Shown here piece by piece: positions 50,953-64,000 of a stretch of DNA of 64,000 nt. How positions within the stretch are numbered: position 1 is the stretch's first letter; every line of letters begins with the position of its first letter. A program made the translations under genes and the position numbers. The DNA is from Hypanus sabinus (lineage: Eukaryota): the NCBI RefSeq assembly GCF_030144855.1, contig NC_082731.1, positions 23,684,001 through 23,748,000 of the forward strand. Reading direction: 5' to 3'. The notes under the pieces were generated by a model. It was not told the DNA's origin. It did no database searches and worked only from the letters and a program-made list of their open reading frames with translations.

Positions 50953-51024
50953 GTTATTTGTTCGGATCTCTTTCACCGTGTACGCTCCAATATATACACA
51001 GTATATCACGTGAATGTCAATTCT
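50953..51024 (-). other. D segment (cassette 2), TATATATTGGAGCGTA at 50981-50996, 12/12 RSS
   Basis: 3' RSS CACGGTG+12+ACAAATAAC. 5' RSS CACAGTA (50997-51003)+12+degenerate GTCAATTCT. Confidence 0.87.
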
Positions 51025-51344
51025 ACCTGAGGAATTGATGAAATAACTGATCAAGAATTAAATACCCAGCGATTGCGTTCCGCTGTTCCAAGTATTCAGG
51101 AACGTTTCTGTCGGTAGTTGTTAAGAAGAATCTGCTTTTATTAATACTCTTTTGACATTTATTGCCACAATTCTCAGGGAAGGCAGCGACATCCGTGAAT
51201 ATACGACAGTGGGAGCTTAAAGACTATACGTCATTAGCAACTCACTGTTAGCTAGAATGTAGAACAGGTCGGCAAAGGCGGGCAGATAAACTTTATCCGG
51301 AGATACATTCTGCTCCCTCTGATTCATGAATAAGCTACAGAGAA

Positions 51345-51382
51345 AGTTTTTGTACAGCGCGAAGCCAAAGACCATCATTGTG
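51345..51382 (-). other. RSS of NAR-type V (cassette 2), 22-bp spacer
   Basis: CACAATG+22+ACAAAAACT. Confidence 0.9.
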
Positions 51383-51863
51383 CTGTACATCATTTGTACA
51401 CAGCTTTACAGTAATAGGTGCCACTGTCTTCCTCTCGCAAATCTAGAATTTACAACGAAAACTGCATGTCCGTTTTCTTAATCCAAGTAACAAAGCTCTC
51501 CCCTCGGGTGACCTCTTTCCGTTCGGTCGCTGAGTTGGTCCTGCAGAAGAATTTTCCAGTATGAAAGCGAAATGCACCAGAAAAGCCAGGTTGGAAACTG
51601 CAGGAGATGGTGGCAGTCTGACAGTCATTCAGGTTTACAATGGACGGGCTCTGAGTCACCGACTGACTCAGTGAACCTACGAATGATAAAAACGGAGTAA
51701 ATAAGTTGGAGTCAGAGACGAACCACACAAGTGAGATAATCAGGATGAGCGCTGGAAACGCAGAATGGCTCACAGACAGATTTAAAGTTCCCTCAAAGAG
51801 GATGTATGAATCATACTCACACTAAACGCAGAGGAAAAGTGTCAAATAAAAGAAGGCTAAAAT
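51383..51863 (-). pseudogene. IgNAR-like V of NAR-TCR cassette 2 with leader, pseudogene
   Basis: Leader 51863-51821 has ATT in place of ATG and an in-frame TAG. V exon 51676-51383 (294 nt, same length as V1) has TAA at 51452-51450 and TGA at 51392-51390. Confidence 0.92.
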
Positions 51864-52056
51864 CGTCAACGGGGAAGAATCCTGAAGTAGCAAAAAGATG
51901 GAGCTAACGGCATGCACAGCTATGTAAGAATTTACGACACCGGTAGACAGTGAACTTTCAAAGGTAGGTTGAGTGACTGTTGTTTGCTCTGATTCGGTTT
52001 TGCATATTTGATCTGTGTGAGTGAGCTCCTCCTATTACCGCCTAATGTTCTACATT

Positions 52057-52083
52057 TGTGACGGAGATGGCCTATCAATGGAT
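52057..52083 (-). promoter_or_regulatory. Conserved upstream element (copy 2)
   Basis: Identical to 18437-18463. Confidence 0.6.
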
Positions 52084-54557
52084 CAGACTGTCTCATTCGT
52101 CATGAGCCGGATGCTCTTTCCAAAAATATGTCATTATTCTGATATTTATTAATGTTGAGACGTGTGCCCCAAGCTTTCAAAGAATGTTTCAGTTCATTGA
52201 CCATTTGTGATGGAACTCAGTTTCTGCCCTGATCCTGACAGCAAGAACTTAGAACTATTTGTTAAGCTCTCCATCAGCCTAAGAAGAGTGTTTTGGTATT
52301 TTCAGCCTTTGAATGCACCATTCACTCATAACTACCTTCCTTCCACAGAGGGAGTAGATGAAAGTAAAACGTCCACCAAAGAGGTTAAGTTCTGCGTGTT
52401 GGTAAATAGGTCGTACCACAGGAAACCTACGTGTCCTTCTCTATTTACATTCGCTACAATTTTATCGTTGGTGTCCAGGAGGTTGGAAAAAATCTACTAG
52501 TCTGTTCGAAATGAAGTAAAATTTATAACCAGAGAGGCACAGGACAGCACCCGAGAACGCTGCTTTGACATATGTTGAGGAGAAGACATTTTTCTTGAGG
52601 TTTCCCGTGGTATTTTGCTCAACTGTTGTTGGTAGAGGCAGATAAATTGGCATTTAAGGGAATCGCTTATATATTCATATAGGATAAGCGCAGGACAGAG
52701 ATAACTACAGTCTGTGTCAAAAAACTAGAATGGTCAAAAAGTGACTTATATCGATATGCACGGTATCGTGCTCCAGAGAATCCACGTCGTGCTGTAATCT
52801 ACAGTGTTCTCTGTTCTGCTCAAGCGATCTGTTGTTGAAGAGGCCACATCGCATAGACAAGGCATTGGCAAATGCAACTAAGTATATCGAAGGTCAAGAA
52901 ATGCTCTGCAGTACTGGAATAAGAAAGGAAAATATTTATTTAACACTGGAGAGGCTGGAAAAGTTGATAATTAAGGAAAAATGGAAATGTAATGCGCCAC
53001 AGACGAAATATAAGACAAATGTTGTGGTTGTGTTATTTTTGATTATTATTGGAGTTGACTAGACTAGGGTTCGATCTGACGTTACGGAAAATAGTCTGCA
53101 TACCTTTAATTTCGTTATAACTCCGTTGTTACTTATTTTTTTAAATAATTTTCAGAATGGCCTCACCAGCTGTACTGTGATCTTAGNNNNNNNNNNNNNN
53201 NNNNNNNNNNNNNNNNNNNNNNNNNNNNNNNNNNNNNNNNNNNNNNNNNNNNNNNNNNNNNNNNNNNNNNNNNNNNNNNNNNNNNNNNNNNNNNNNNNNN
53301 NNNNNNNNNNNNNNNNNNNNNNNNNNNNNNNNNNNNNNNNNNNNNNNNNNNNNNNNNNNNNNNNNNNNNNNNNNNNNNNNNNNNNNNNNNNNNNNNNNNN
53401 NNNNNNNNNNNNNNNNNNNNNNNNNNNNNNNNNNNNNNNNNNNNNNNNNNNNNNNNNNNNNNNNNNNNNNNNNNNNNNNNNTAAATAAATAGACAAACAA
53501 ATAAATAAAGATAGGTGAATGAATGAATAAATAAATAAAAGAACGAAGACAAATATAGATAGATAGACGGATAAATATGGTTATATAAATTAAGAAATAA
53601 AGTAAGATAGATGATGTAAGAAGAAAAAAACTGCGCAATGCAAGGGAAAATCAACGTGTGCGAACTGTGGGAAAATAAATCTCATGAAATATGCATTGAA
53701 ATTGCGGGCAGTCGGTATCCGAAGCGTGCCAGTACGTAGGTCATTCAGGTTTGTCCATTGAGCATATGCAACGTCAGCTGTTTGGCGTTTTAACAGCGTG
53801 AGAATATATAGCTCAGACAGGGTTGCCTTCTGAGAAAATAAGACATCGCCTCGAGGCGATTGCTATATCAAAATGCGGCAAATCTTAGGTCCCAAGGGTT
53901 GTAAGTCTATTTCAATGTATGACACATCAATTCGCGTCAGTTGCGCTATTTGGGTAGATTTACAAGAACAAATTCGTATAAGGCAGGCGAGAGCGGAGCA
54001 AACATCGCTGGAATCAACAGTTGGAGAGCGAAATTGAGTATTTCCTCTTAGATGCTTCAGCGAGAATAGCCAAGAATGTGTGTTTTTCCCCTTCTTTATA
54101 ACATGAACTGTGAGGTTTTATTTACAAGAACAAATTCGAATAAGGCACGAGTAAGCCATGCAGCCTTCGTTGGAATACCTCAACTCAATATATGCAAAAT
54201 CCAGTAGTAACGTCGACAGAGTAAGCAGTCGACGTTTCTGGCGGAGATCATTCATCAAGACTTTAATAATTGAAAGTTCTCTTGGCGGGATGTTAGGAGA
54301 CCGGGGGATACCCAGCTTAATTTACGCCCACTTATGGATGAAATGCATGCAACCTCAGCTTGCGACACTCCGTTTTAAGGAGGTGAAATTGAAACTGATT
54401 AACACTAGATTTTTTCGAGATGCTCAGGGCGTGGTCGTTAACAATATCCTGTTAACGTTTTCCTCAGGAATACAGTTGGGGGTTTGATGTAGGGAAGAGC
54501 ATTTACGCAGTGAACTCTCTCGCATCAAGTCTGTTTATGTGATGCAGAAGGATTACG

Positions 54558-55105
54558 AATTGAATTGAATTGACTTTATTACTTAAGTCGTTCATATACA
54601 CAAGAATTAAACATTTTCCTTAAAATGCTAGACCAGTCTGTGGTTGGTATTTCACGGGCCCTCGAAGAACCCTCGGGCCCTTTTAACACACCTGTCTTTG
54701 TAAATGTCTTTAAAGTGGAAAGTTCTCATACACATATGCGCTGGACTGTACGCACAGCTCTCAGTAGCATTCTGCAATAGAAGAAAGAAATGTTTCCATA
54801 CCAGGCAATGATGCAGCCGGTCGGGATGCTCATAATTGTGCACTTACAGAAAGTTCCAAAGATTTGGGGATCATTAACAAAATTTTTTCATGCTTCTGAG
54901 ATGAAAGTGGTGTTGTTGTGCCTTTATTACCACACAGCCCGAATGGGCAAGCCACTTCAGATTCTCGGTGATGTGTATGCCGAGGAACATTAATCAGTTT
55001 AGCCTCTCAAACGAAGATCCACTGATGTCAATAGCGAATGGTCTGTCTCCATTCCTTCTGTAGTCCGCAACCAGCTCCACTGTACTCTGTCTATGTTGTT
55101 GACAT
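54558..55105 (-). mobile_element. Rex1/Babar-type LINE 3' fragment
   Basis: (CAATT)n tail; minus IVHNYEHPDRLHHCLVWKH region; ELVADYRRN (vs ELIAEFRRS). Confidence 0.7.
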
Positions 55106-55109
55106 CTTT

Positions 55110-55510
55110 CTGATAATTCGGTGACCAGAACTGTACACAATATTACACGTTTGGCCTCACCAATGCCCTGCACAATTTTAACACTACATCCCAACTCCTA
55201 CACTCAATGCCTTGATTTATAAATGCCAGCATACCAAAAATTTTCCCCACCACCCTATCCAAATGAGAGTCCCCCTTCAGGGAGCTATGCACCATTATTC
55301 CTAGATCGCACTGTTCTGCTGCATTTCTCAATGCCCTATCATTTGCCATGCATGTGCTATTGTGATTAATCCTATCAAAATGTAACACTTCATATTTACC
55401 AGCATTAAACTCCATGTGCCATCCTTCAGCCTACTCTACTAACTGGCCTAAATCAGCCTGCAAGTTTTGAAAACCTACTTCGTTATCCACAACGCCACCT
55501 ATCTAACTCT
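55110..55510 (-). mobile_element. CR1 LINE RT fragment
   Basis: MEFNAGKYEVLHF..DLGIMVHSSLK..GMLAFINQGIECRSWDVVLKLCRALVRP. Confidence 0.8.
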
Positions 55511-55778
55511 CATATGATAAGGTCTTTTTCTTTGTTTTCTTTTTCACCAGCCAACTCATTTTCTTTTTAAATAAAATCCAATCATTTAACTTTATTTCCT
55601 TCCATAATTCTATCATATTTTCTACATCATTGATTTGGAATATGGGATATTGTGCTCATATTACTTTGATAAAATGCAGAATAAACCGTACTGGTTTTAT
55701 AGTTGAATTTTGAATTTATATCCATACAATTTACATAATATTAATAAAAATATTGAAAGAGAAAAGAGTTAAATTTTA

Positions 55779-58700
55779 ATGGAGGTATTTAACTTTAATA
55801 ACGTATGTACATATTTAAATGAGACTGATACTGCTACATTGCAGGAGTCTGCTAAGTTAACGGATGAGTATGCTTTAATCCACAAGAGTAAATTTCCACC
55901 GGATAGAACTTTGATGAGCAAAAATATCCCAGAGTGTCAAGGTAAATCAGAAATTGAATCAGAAGATCGTGGGAAAGGTGCGGAACAAGGGAACATGTGA
56001 TGGAAAGACAATTTGCTACTATTTGTAATCACTGTAAGAAACCTTGTGATATAATATATAACCGTTTCCGATTGAAGAAGAAGGAGAATGAGGCGGCCTC
56101 AGGTGACTGTGTGCAAGATATTCAAAGACCTGTAAATCCACAGAGTTCGAGAAATACAAATGAAGCTTTGTCAGAGTCTGAACAAGTTAAGAGCGAATAT
56201 AATGGTTTTATAACCGAAGGATTTCTATCCTTGAAAGAGGGATTTACTCCGGAGCCAATAAAAAATCCTTTGGGGATACTGGAGCTTCTCAGTCACTTAC
56301 ATTCAGTGATGAGTCTGACAATGATTAAGGAAGCAATATACGAGGTGTCGGGAGTGCCCTTATGCCTGTGCATTTAAATAGAGTAACTTTCAGGTCATGG
56401 ACAGTTAAAGGACCTGTTAAGGTAGGACTACACCCTAGTGTACATGTGAATGGTGTTTCTACATGGAAAGGGACTGACTTAGCAGATGGACCCCTTTTTC
56501 CTGAAGTGCATTTGTCGGATCAGAACATATCCGATGAACGAAAAATAGGTTTTACCATCGAACGCTCCTGTGTTGTAATCAGATTTATGGCAATACAGAT
56601 TGCTGATGTGAATGGGTCTTTGCATGCGGAGGAAGCTATTCAAAACGGTTCAACTCGAGATACGAATTTTGAAAATGTGACAGAAACTTTCTTACCTCCA
56701 TTGTTTGATCAAAACACTTGTGGTAAGTTTGACCATAAAGCTTTGCCTCTATCTCGGAAGGAAATGATAGCAGAGTAGAGTAGAGACCCTGAGATTATCG
56801 AATTATAAGTACAAGCTCTTATAGGCAGTGAAATTCAGATGGTGTCAGTAGGATATTATTTTAAGAGTGAGTGTTGATCAGGAAGTGGAGATCACCTACT
56901 ATTCCTGCAAGTGTGGAATGGGACGTTGTTCCCAGGTAGTAGTTCCTAAAGATTATTTGAATGAGATTTTACCTTCTGCTCATACTATGCCTGGGGTGGA
57001 CATCAAGGTGTGAAGAAAACTGTGACAACGTCTATAAACATTTTCACTGGCCTGTTTTAAGAGAAAATGAGGCGAGATTTTGCAGAACTTGTCTTACTTG
57101 TCAGATTGTGAGCAAACCTAATCAAGTTACTCCCGTGGACTCACTGCAAACCATTCTTGCATTTGGTGAACCGCCATCCAAAATTATTGTAGATTGTGTA
57201 GGCCCATGCCAAAAACCAAAACTGACCATCAACATTTGCTGATCTTCATTTGCACAGCGTCTTGATTTCCAGAGGCAATACCACTCAGGGAGGTAACGGA
57301 TAACACTTTAATAAATGCTCTTATAAAATCGATTACTTATTTTGGGTTGCCTAGGGAAATACAATCTGATCAAGGTAGTAATTTTATATCTGGAATGTAC
57401 CAGCAGACAGTTTATAAACTGTGAGCCTAACAGATGACATCGTCTGCATACCATCCAGAATCGCAAGGAGCCTTGGAAAGGTTCTATTCTACCCTCAGAT
57501 CATGGTTAGGACGTATTGTGTGGAAAATGAAAAGGATTGCGATGAGGGCATATATTATCTTTTATTTGCAGTACGGGTTCAGTGCAGGCTTCCTCAGATT
57601 TTAGTCCTTTTGAACTTCTGTTTGTGTATAGAGTCGAGGGATCCTTCACCTTTTTTAATGGATTAATAAGGAGACACATACTAACTTGCTGGATTATGTT
57701 TTGAAATTTACTTATAAATTGCAGAAAACTTGTAGCTTAGCCAGGGAAAATGTAAAACCGGCTCAGGAGAAAAAGAAGACATGTTATGATAAGGTAGCCA
57801 GAATGAGATCAATTAATTCTGGAGATAAGGAGTTAGTTATTATTTCGGTGCAAACGAACCCTTTATAATCTAAATTTAATGGTCCTTATGAGATTATATC
57901 TAAAGTTATTGATGTGGATTACGAGATATAAACACCAGATAGAAGATGGTCAACAGTGCATTGCAGTATAAATATGATGAACCCATATTATGAGAACCAG
58001 TCCTATACTATGACTGTTGTGGTTAATAATAAGAAATCTGATCACATTGGGAACTTAATGGACGATTAATCTGAAACTCATTTTAAACCTATCATTGTTT
58101 CTGTCAGATTACCAAATTCAGCAATTCTGGAAAACATTGATGAGAAATTTGCTTATTTACAGTCAGAGCAGAGGCAGCAGACGAAGAAGGTACTTTTTAA
58201 ATGTAAGGATTTATTTTCAAACCTTACTAAAATAACCACAGCAGTTTCGCATGATGGAGATGTTAGAGATGCGAAAACCCATAAAGCAACATCTATATCG
58301 GATGAACATGGAATAATGTCAACTGGCTGAGAATGAAAATAAGTATAGGTTGCTGAATAATATTATTAGACATTCTAATTCGAATTGGATCTTATCTTGT
58401 GTAAAAGTGCAAGAGGCAGACTGTCGTATTCGGTTTTGTACTGAAAAGTTGAACGGTGTAAAGAAAACAAATGTTTATCCAAACCCTGGAGTGGATGATT
58501 GTGTGGATAAAGTCGGAAAAGCAAAATTCCTTAAAAGGATTGATTTATTAGAAGATTATTGGTGTTTTCCATTGACGGATAGAGGTAGAGAGATTTCTGT
58601 ATGACTCGCCTCACCTGGGTCATCTGAATATAATTTTCTTCCCTTTTCGGATGAAAAATGCACCCGCATGATTAGTTCTGTGAATCATGGGTAAAAAATA

Positions 58701-58880
58701 CTCTATATTGATGATTTAGTTGCTGGAAATGATACGTGTGAAGCACATTTTATTGCCGTGAGGAAACTATTTGGAAGACTTTCGAAAGCTAACTTAACTA
58801 TTATCTTAGCTAAAAGTGAATTTCGTCATGCCACTGTGAGCTACCTTAGCTATTGTGTGGGTCAAGGTAAATCAGCTCAA
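55779..58880 (+). mobile_element. Second Gmr1-like Gypsy internal region (gag-PR-IN-RT), degenerate
   Basis: Collinear with 1-3240. Integrase HFHWPVL..FCRTCLTCQ..IIVDCVG precedes RT DDCVDKVGKAKFLKRIDL..YW. Ends shortly after gccactgtgagctacctt. Confidence 0.85.
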
Positions 58881-59049
58881 ATTCTCTTCTGAGAAGCTCA
58901 TTGAGTAATATTTTTGTTCACTCTACTCTATTCTTTTACAGTCTTATTTCTACTGCTACTTACGGATGAACTTTAAAGATTCATTACTTTCAGTGCAGGA
59001 TTGACGATTTGATTACGATGGCTGTTATCCGAAATGGAAAGGAATTAAG

Positions 59050-62000
59050 ACGTGTCAAAATGGATTCAGAATCAGAAAAAAAAGACGAATTTACAAGGGA
59101 GGTATAAGAAACATATACTCCTGAAAGAATATTCTTATTAATACGTGATACTAATACCAACATTTCTAAAATTGATAAACTGACGGATGCTAATGAAAAG
59201 CTTCAGGAAACAGTTTCTGCCGTCCAGAAATCTGTGAGGCATCTTGAATCACAATATCTAACGCTTAAAATGGATTCTAATCAAATCGGAAGACAACAGG
59301 AGACAATATAATGTGATTAAACAGCAGGTATAAAAGTTAACTACCATGGACAAGAGAATTTCTGAGTTTTCTTCGGAATTATCAGGAATTTGGAGGATAA
59401 CGATCGATCTGGAAAGCAGAAGCCGAACGATGAATTTACATATGCTGGGCTTGATTGAAAATATGGAAACGAGTGAGCCTTTAAAGTTTTTAATTAAGTC
59501 TATTAACGGAGAGGTTTCAGGTATATCACTTTTTAGTGAGGCTCTTGAAACCTCTCCGGTAATAGACAGGGCTCACTGAATCCCACACAACAAGCCATCG
59601 TTTGAAATGAAACCACTTTCGGTAATGCTGTATCTACATTGTTTTGCAATTAAAGAAGCAATTCTTCGAGATGCCAGGAAGCTGGGGAAGTTAACTTACA
59701 ACGGTGTGGAGTTTCGTATAGTTGAAGATTTTGCCCAAAACTGTGCAAAGAAAGAATTATGTAACAGGACGTGATCGCAGTATCGTATAAGAAAAGGTTG
59801 TCGTTCCTCTTTGCCCTATTCTGCCAGTTTGAAAACTTTATCGCCTAACCCTCGTGCTAAATGTCTTGATTCTCCTGCGGAGGCTTGGAAGTTTCGCAAA
59901 GAATGTAAGTTGATCGCATAAGCAATTCCTACATTGCTGTTTTGCAAGCAACGCCAGCAATTAATCCGCAGCTGATAATCCTGTTTAGTTGTGTCGTTTA
60001 AAGTTTGATCTATGTTCTAGTCTGTATAGACATCGCTTTGATTCTGGTATTTTTTTTTCTTTCTTTAAGATTTGTATGAAATTAACATAGGCAGTAACAT
60101 ATTATTTGATTGAATCTATCTTTTCTGAATATATCATCAATTTTAATAACTGAATTTAAGATGGCCGCTGTTAATTACGTACTAATATCTATTAAACTTG
60201 ATATTGAATTCAATCATTAGCTGAGAGTCATCCACAGTTGAATCTTTGAAAGTTCAATTTGCGTTGCTTGTTGGTGCAGACATCGTTTGGCGGTTTCACT
60301 ATTTTCCTTCTGCTTTATTTTAGGATCTGTAAGAGTTCAATATCATTCGTATCATATTATTTGGTTAGTTATTAATTCTTTAAATATATGACCAATGTTT
60401 TATAACGAATTTAAGATTTCCTTTGTTAACTGCGTTTTAACCTCTGATAGAAATAATATTATAACATTTGGAATTTCTCGATTTGTTTTCAACGTATGTG
60501 ATATTGCGCATGGATTCAGTGGTGATAGTATATTATTTTTTTCAAAAAATAGTCTGCCTTTTAGAATCAAAGTAATTAGGATGTTTAGTTTAGCGTGCTG
60601 TCCGCCTATTGGTGTACATTTCTAGATTTGGGGGGAGGGTTGGGGCTATTAGTTTAGGTTTTTTCGTTTGGACCGTCGTGAGAGGATTTCTTTTCAAATT
60701 ATTTTCTTATTTTGTTTCCTTTCTGGTCAAATCCATGGTGTTCCTCCCTACGGTTTGGTTTGTTCTGGAGCGGCTTATTCATTTTATAAATCTCTAAATT
60801 ATAGTCCGAGTATTGATGTTAATAAAAGTCCTGGAAACTGAACGACTTAAGTCAACCTATTAAGCGTAGAAAGTTCTTGGAGAAAATGAAAACATCCGCA
60901 AGGAAGATGAAAACATTTTTTTTCTTTGGAAGGATTTTCAGTTTCACTCTTTCTCAATATCAAAAAAAAAATAGACGAGTGTCTATTCTTATTACTTTAA
61001 AGTCTCTTTAGTACATTTTAATACTGTACTGATTAATTTAGTCGATACTTTATTGCTACTGGTTTGTTATGTGGTCAAGATGGCCATGAAATTTTTAAGA
61101 GGTTATTTTCTGCACTGCCGAATTTAAATGAATTTCTGTTGAATATGGGCGGTGATTTTAACTGCAATCGCCATCCCTTGCTTGATAGATCATCAACCAA
61201 TCTGTGCCTTCCGTACAAATCTGCGTCCTGCATTAATTTATTTTAACTGGAATAAGATGTGCTGGATATTTGGAGATTCCTCCATTCTTGATATAAATAC
61301 CCCTTTTGTTCACACGTACATCATAAATATTCAAGAATTTATTATTTTCTGTTAGATACGCGATTGGTATCCGTTGTTGCTGATTGTGCGTATGACGTTA
61401 TTGTTATTGTTATTGTGCTGTCGGATCATGCGTCTTGACTTGCACTGAAGCTGTCTGAAATTTCATGGATTACATTTCAGTAGAGATTTAAGTCTGCATT
61501 GGAACCTGATTCAACATTTCTAACTTTTAAAAAACAGCAAATCTCTTTCTTTCTGAGATAAATCAAATGAGCGTATGTGAAATGTTGTTATTTGGAATAC
61601 GATAAATAGTTTCTTTGCGGGCATATTACGTAATATTCATCAGCTTCAAGAGAGAAAACTAAACCGGAGTTTAAGTGATTACAAACAGATTTTAGTAAAT
61701 AGACAAAGTTGATTCCGTATTGCCTATTGAATATTTATATATGGAAAGGTAGAATCTTCAAACGCTGCATGATTTGATGTTCACTTATCCCATTGAGCAG
61801 TAACTTCTGAAATCGGACTTTTATTTTTCTATATAGAGAGATAAAACAGGTAAACTGTTAGCTGCTCAATTCAAAGCAACTATGGTTAGAAGTCAGATTT
61901 TGTAAGCACGAATATCTGACAGAACTAAAGCAACAAATTGTCAGGAAATTATTAAGTTAGTTTTCTGGACTTTTCCTTAATATTTATAAATCTGATTTTC

Positions 62001-63480
62001 AAGATAATGCGACTTCTAAGATGAATTTCTGCAGAGATTGATATACCCCAAATTTCCACCCAAGATATGAATACTTTAGATGCATGCATTATTCGAGAGC
62101 AAATAGTAAGAGCTATAGATTCATTTCCAAGTAGGTAAATCTCCAGGACCTGATGGATTTACGATCGAAATTTCTAAGAAGTTTACGGATATTGTTACAC
62201 TTCAATTATGCCAAATTTTCGCGTAATCTTTATTTCTGGGACCTCCCAAGAACTTTTTATGAGACAGCAATTTAATTAATTCCTAAAAAAAAAATGTTGA
62301 GTATTCAAGCCACTTTTGGAGCAGTGATAACTAAAAACCTAAAGTATTTTCATTTTACGTTATATAGAGATGCCCGGCAGAGTTGCCCTCTTAGTCAGCT
62401 GTTATTCGAGCTGGCTCGAGAAATTCTTGCAATTGCGCTTCAGAAATCCAATGAGTTTTTAAGTATAAAGAGAGGAGATAAAGTGCATAAGGTTTCATTG
62501 TGTGCAGAAGAATTGTTAGTTTATATTTCAGATCTATTCCTGCTTTGTTATATATATTTTCTGAATTTAGTACTTTGTTTTTCTGGATCTATATTACATT
62601 TGCATAAAAGTGAGTTATTTCTTATTAACGACTATTTCCATCAGTAGGAACAATTTCCTTTTAGTATTGTTAAAACTGACATAATTTATCTCGGTTTTAA
62701 AAGTAACAAAAAAAATACGACCTGCATAACTATATTTTTTCCAATAATTTAGTATACGCAGCAAGTAAAATCTAAATTGTCTCCAATGACAATATCAATA
62801 ATTGGCCGTTTTAATGCTGTGAAAATGATAGTGTTATCAAATATTTATTTTTATATGTGTTCCAGGCAATCCTCTGCTTTGATCCAAAAGGTTTTGGATC
62901 TACAATTTTATATTTAATTTGGAATTAAGAAAATCTTAAAATGAGTAAAACTTTATAGCAGAATTAAAAAAAAAATAAAGCATGATAGTAGGGATCTGCC
63001 AAACTTCAGATTGCACTACTGGACAAATAACATTCGTTATATCTCTTTTTCGATTCTTTTTTCTGATATACATGATTGTCCATTGTGGGTGTATTCGGAG
63101 AAAACTCGGTGAAGTGCTATTCTTTGGCCTCTTTCTTGGGAGGTCTTCTTCCTTTTTTGCTCGCTAAGATCGATAGTCGAGATTTTAATGCAATACAATT
63201 AAGAATTAGGTTTCAACTTCGTCGATCATTTGACCTTAATAATTTTGTTCTTTCTCGTAACATCATACTAATGTTTCCTTTTAAAATTTCTAACCTGAGG
63301 AAATTTACTCTCATGGATTCAAACATACTCATCTGCTAATGTAGCAGACTCATGCAATGCAGCTCTGTCCCCCTCATTTAAGAATTTACATACCTCATCA
63401 GGGATGCTCCTTTTAAACTCCTTCATAGCGCAGTTTCGTTTTATAGTGGAGTATTACTTTAACATTTAAGGTGCAAACGT
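59050..63480 (+). mobile_element. L1 LINE, heavily decayed (ORF1 and ORF2)
   Basis: IDLESRSRTMNLHMLGL..IDRAH (ORF1); MGGDFNC (endonuclease); RQSCPLSQLLF..KVSLCAEELL (RT). Confidence 0.8.
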
Positions 63481-63559
63481 TATTGTCAGTAGCTTCGTTA
63501 ATCGCTGCTTGTTCTTGTTTGGTGCACCTTGTTTTTACCTCTACAGTCTATTGTTGGAG

Positions 63560-64000
63560 AGTGAAGACTATCAAAGACTATCAAAGTGCGGAGGCCCGAT
63601 GGGTTGAGTAATGTTGGCGTCGTTAGGCGGTTTTGTAAAGGATCGACCTTATTGAATATTCGCTGTGGAATAGAGAGCTGCATCTGAGATAACCCCTGGA
63701 AGATCAGGAAGGTCTTTGCATTGTTCAAACTCCAGCAGAAAAAAAGGGCAGTTTCAATAAGCCGTTTTATTTCCTCTGTCGTGAATCCTTTGTATATTGC
63801 CTCTCTCGGCTGGGTTCAGCAGGAACGTCGCGTTTTCGAAGAAAACAGTTTTCAGGGAAATCTCTCCTTACTGACTATATAAGTCACTTGGGCTTTAGAA
63901 TTTAGCACTTTAAGACTGTTCGAACATACCACTTAAAGACTGCTTTCGAATTTGCCATTTTAAGAGTTTTCCAGAGTTTGGCAGATTGTTAAATTGCCGT
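63560..64000 (-). mobile_element. L1 ORF2 fragment
   Basis: FLIFQGLSQMQLSIPQRIFNKVD resembles the post-RT region of L1; weak. Confidence 0.35.

Noticed and set aside
1-64000. Prokaryotic features (CRISPR array, operons, rRNA or tRNA genes)
   Set aside because: None seen. The sequence has spliceosomal introns, RSSs and vertebrate retroelements, and the only tRNA-like piece is a SINE head.

Overview
Eukaryotic, AT-rich, repeat-dense DNA with four N-gaps, almost certainly from a cartilaginous fish. The window is part of a T-cell receptor alpha/delta variable region on the minus strand. Its core is two paralogous NAR-TCR-type cassettes about 33.6 kb apart, each ordered leader - IgNAR-like V (22-bp-spacer RSS) - one D (12/12 RSS) - J (23 RSS, DGxG motif, splice donor) - intron - leaderless supporting TCR-delta-like V. 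Cassette 1 (15121-18240) is open, with compatible splice phases and RSSs. Cassette 2 (48873-51863) is a pseudogene: ATG lost, three stops, a frameshift, and the supporting-V RSS replaced by an LTR fragment. Its V, D and J RSSs are nonetheless intact. NAR-TCR is a known shark system. The unusual details seen here are a near-consensus second 23-RSS in tandem behind the supporting V, E-boxes in or beside D and J RSSs, an invariant 27-bp promoter block, and several decayed V-like relics. The rest is decayed retroelements: Gmr1-like Gypsy, CR1, L1, Rex1/Babar, Penelope-like and a tRNA-derived SINE. D-delta, J-delta and C-delta are not in the window and would lie toward lower coordinates. All alignments were made by eye; no searches were run.
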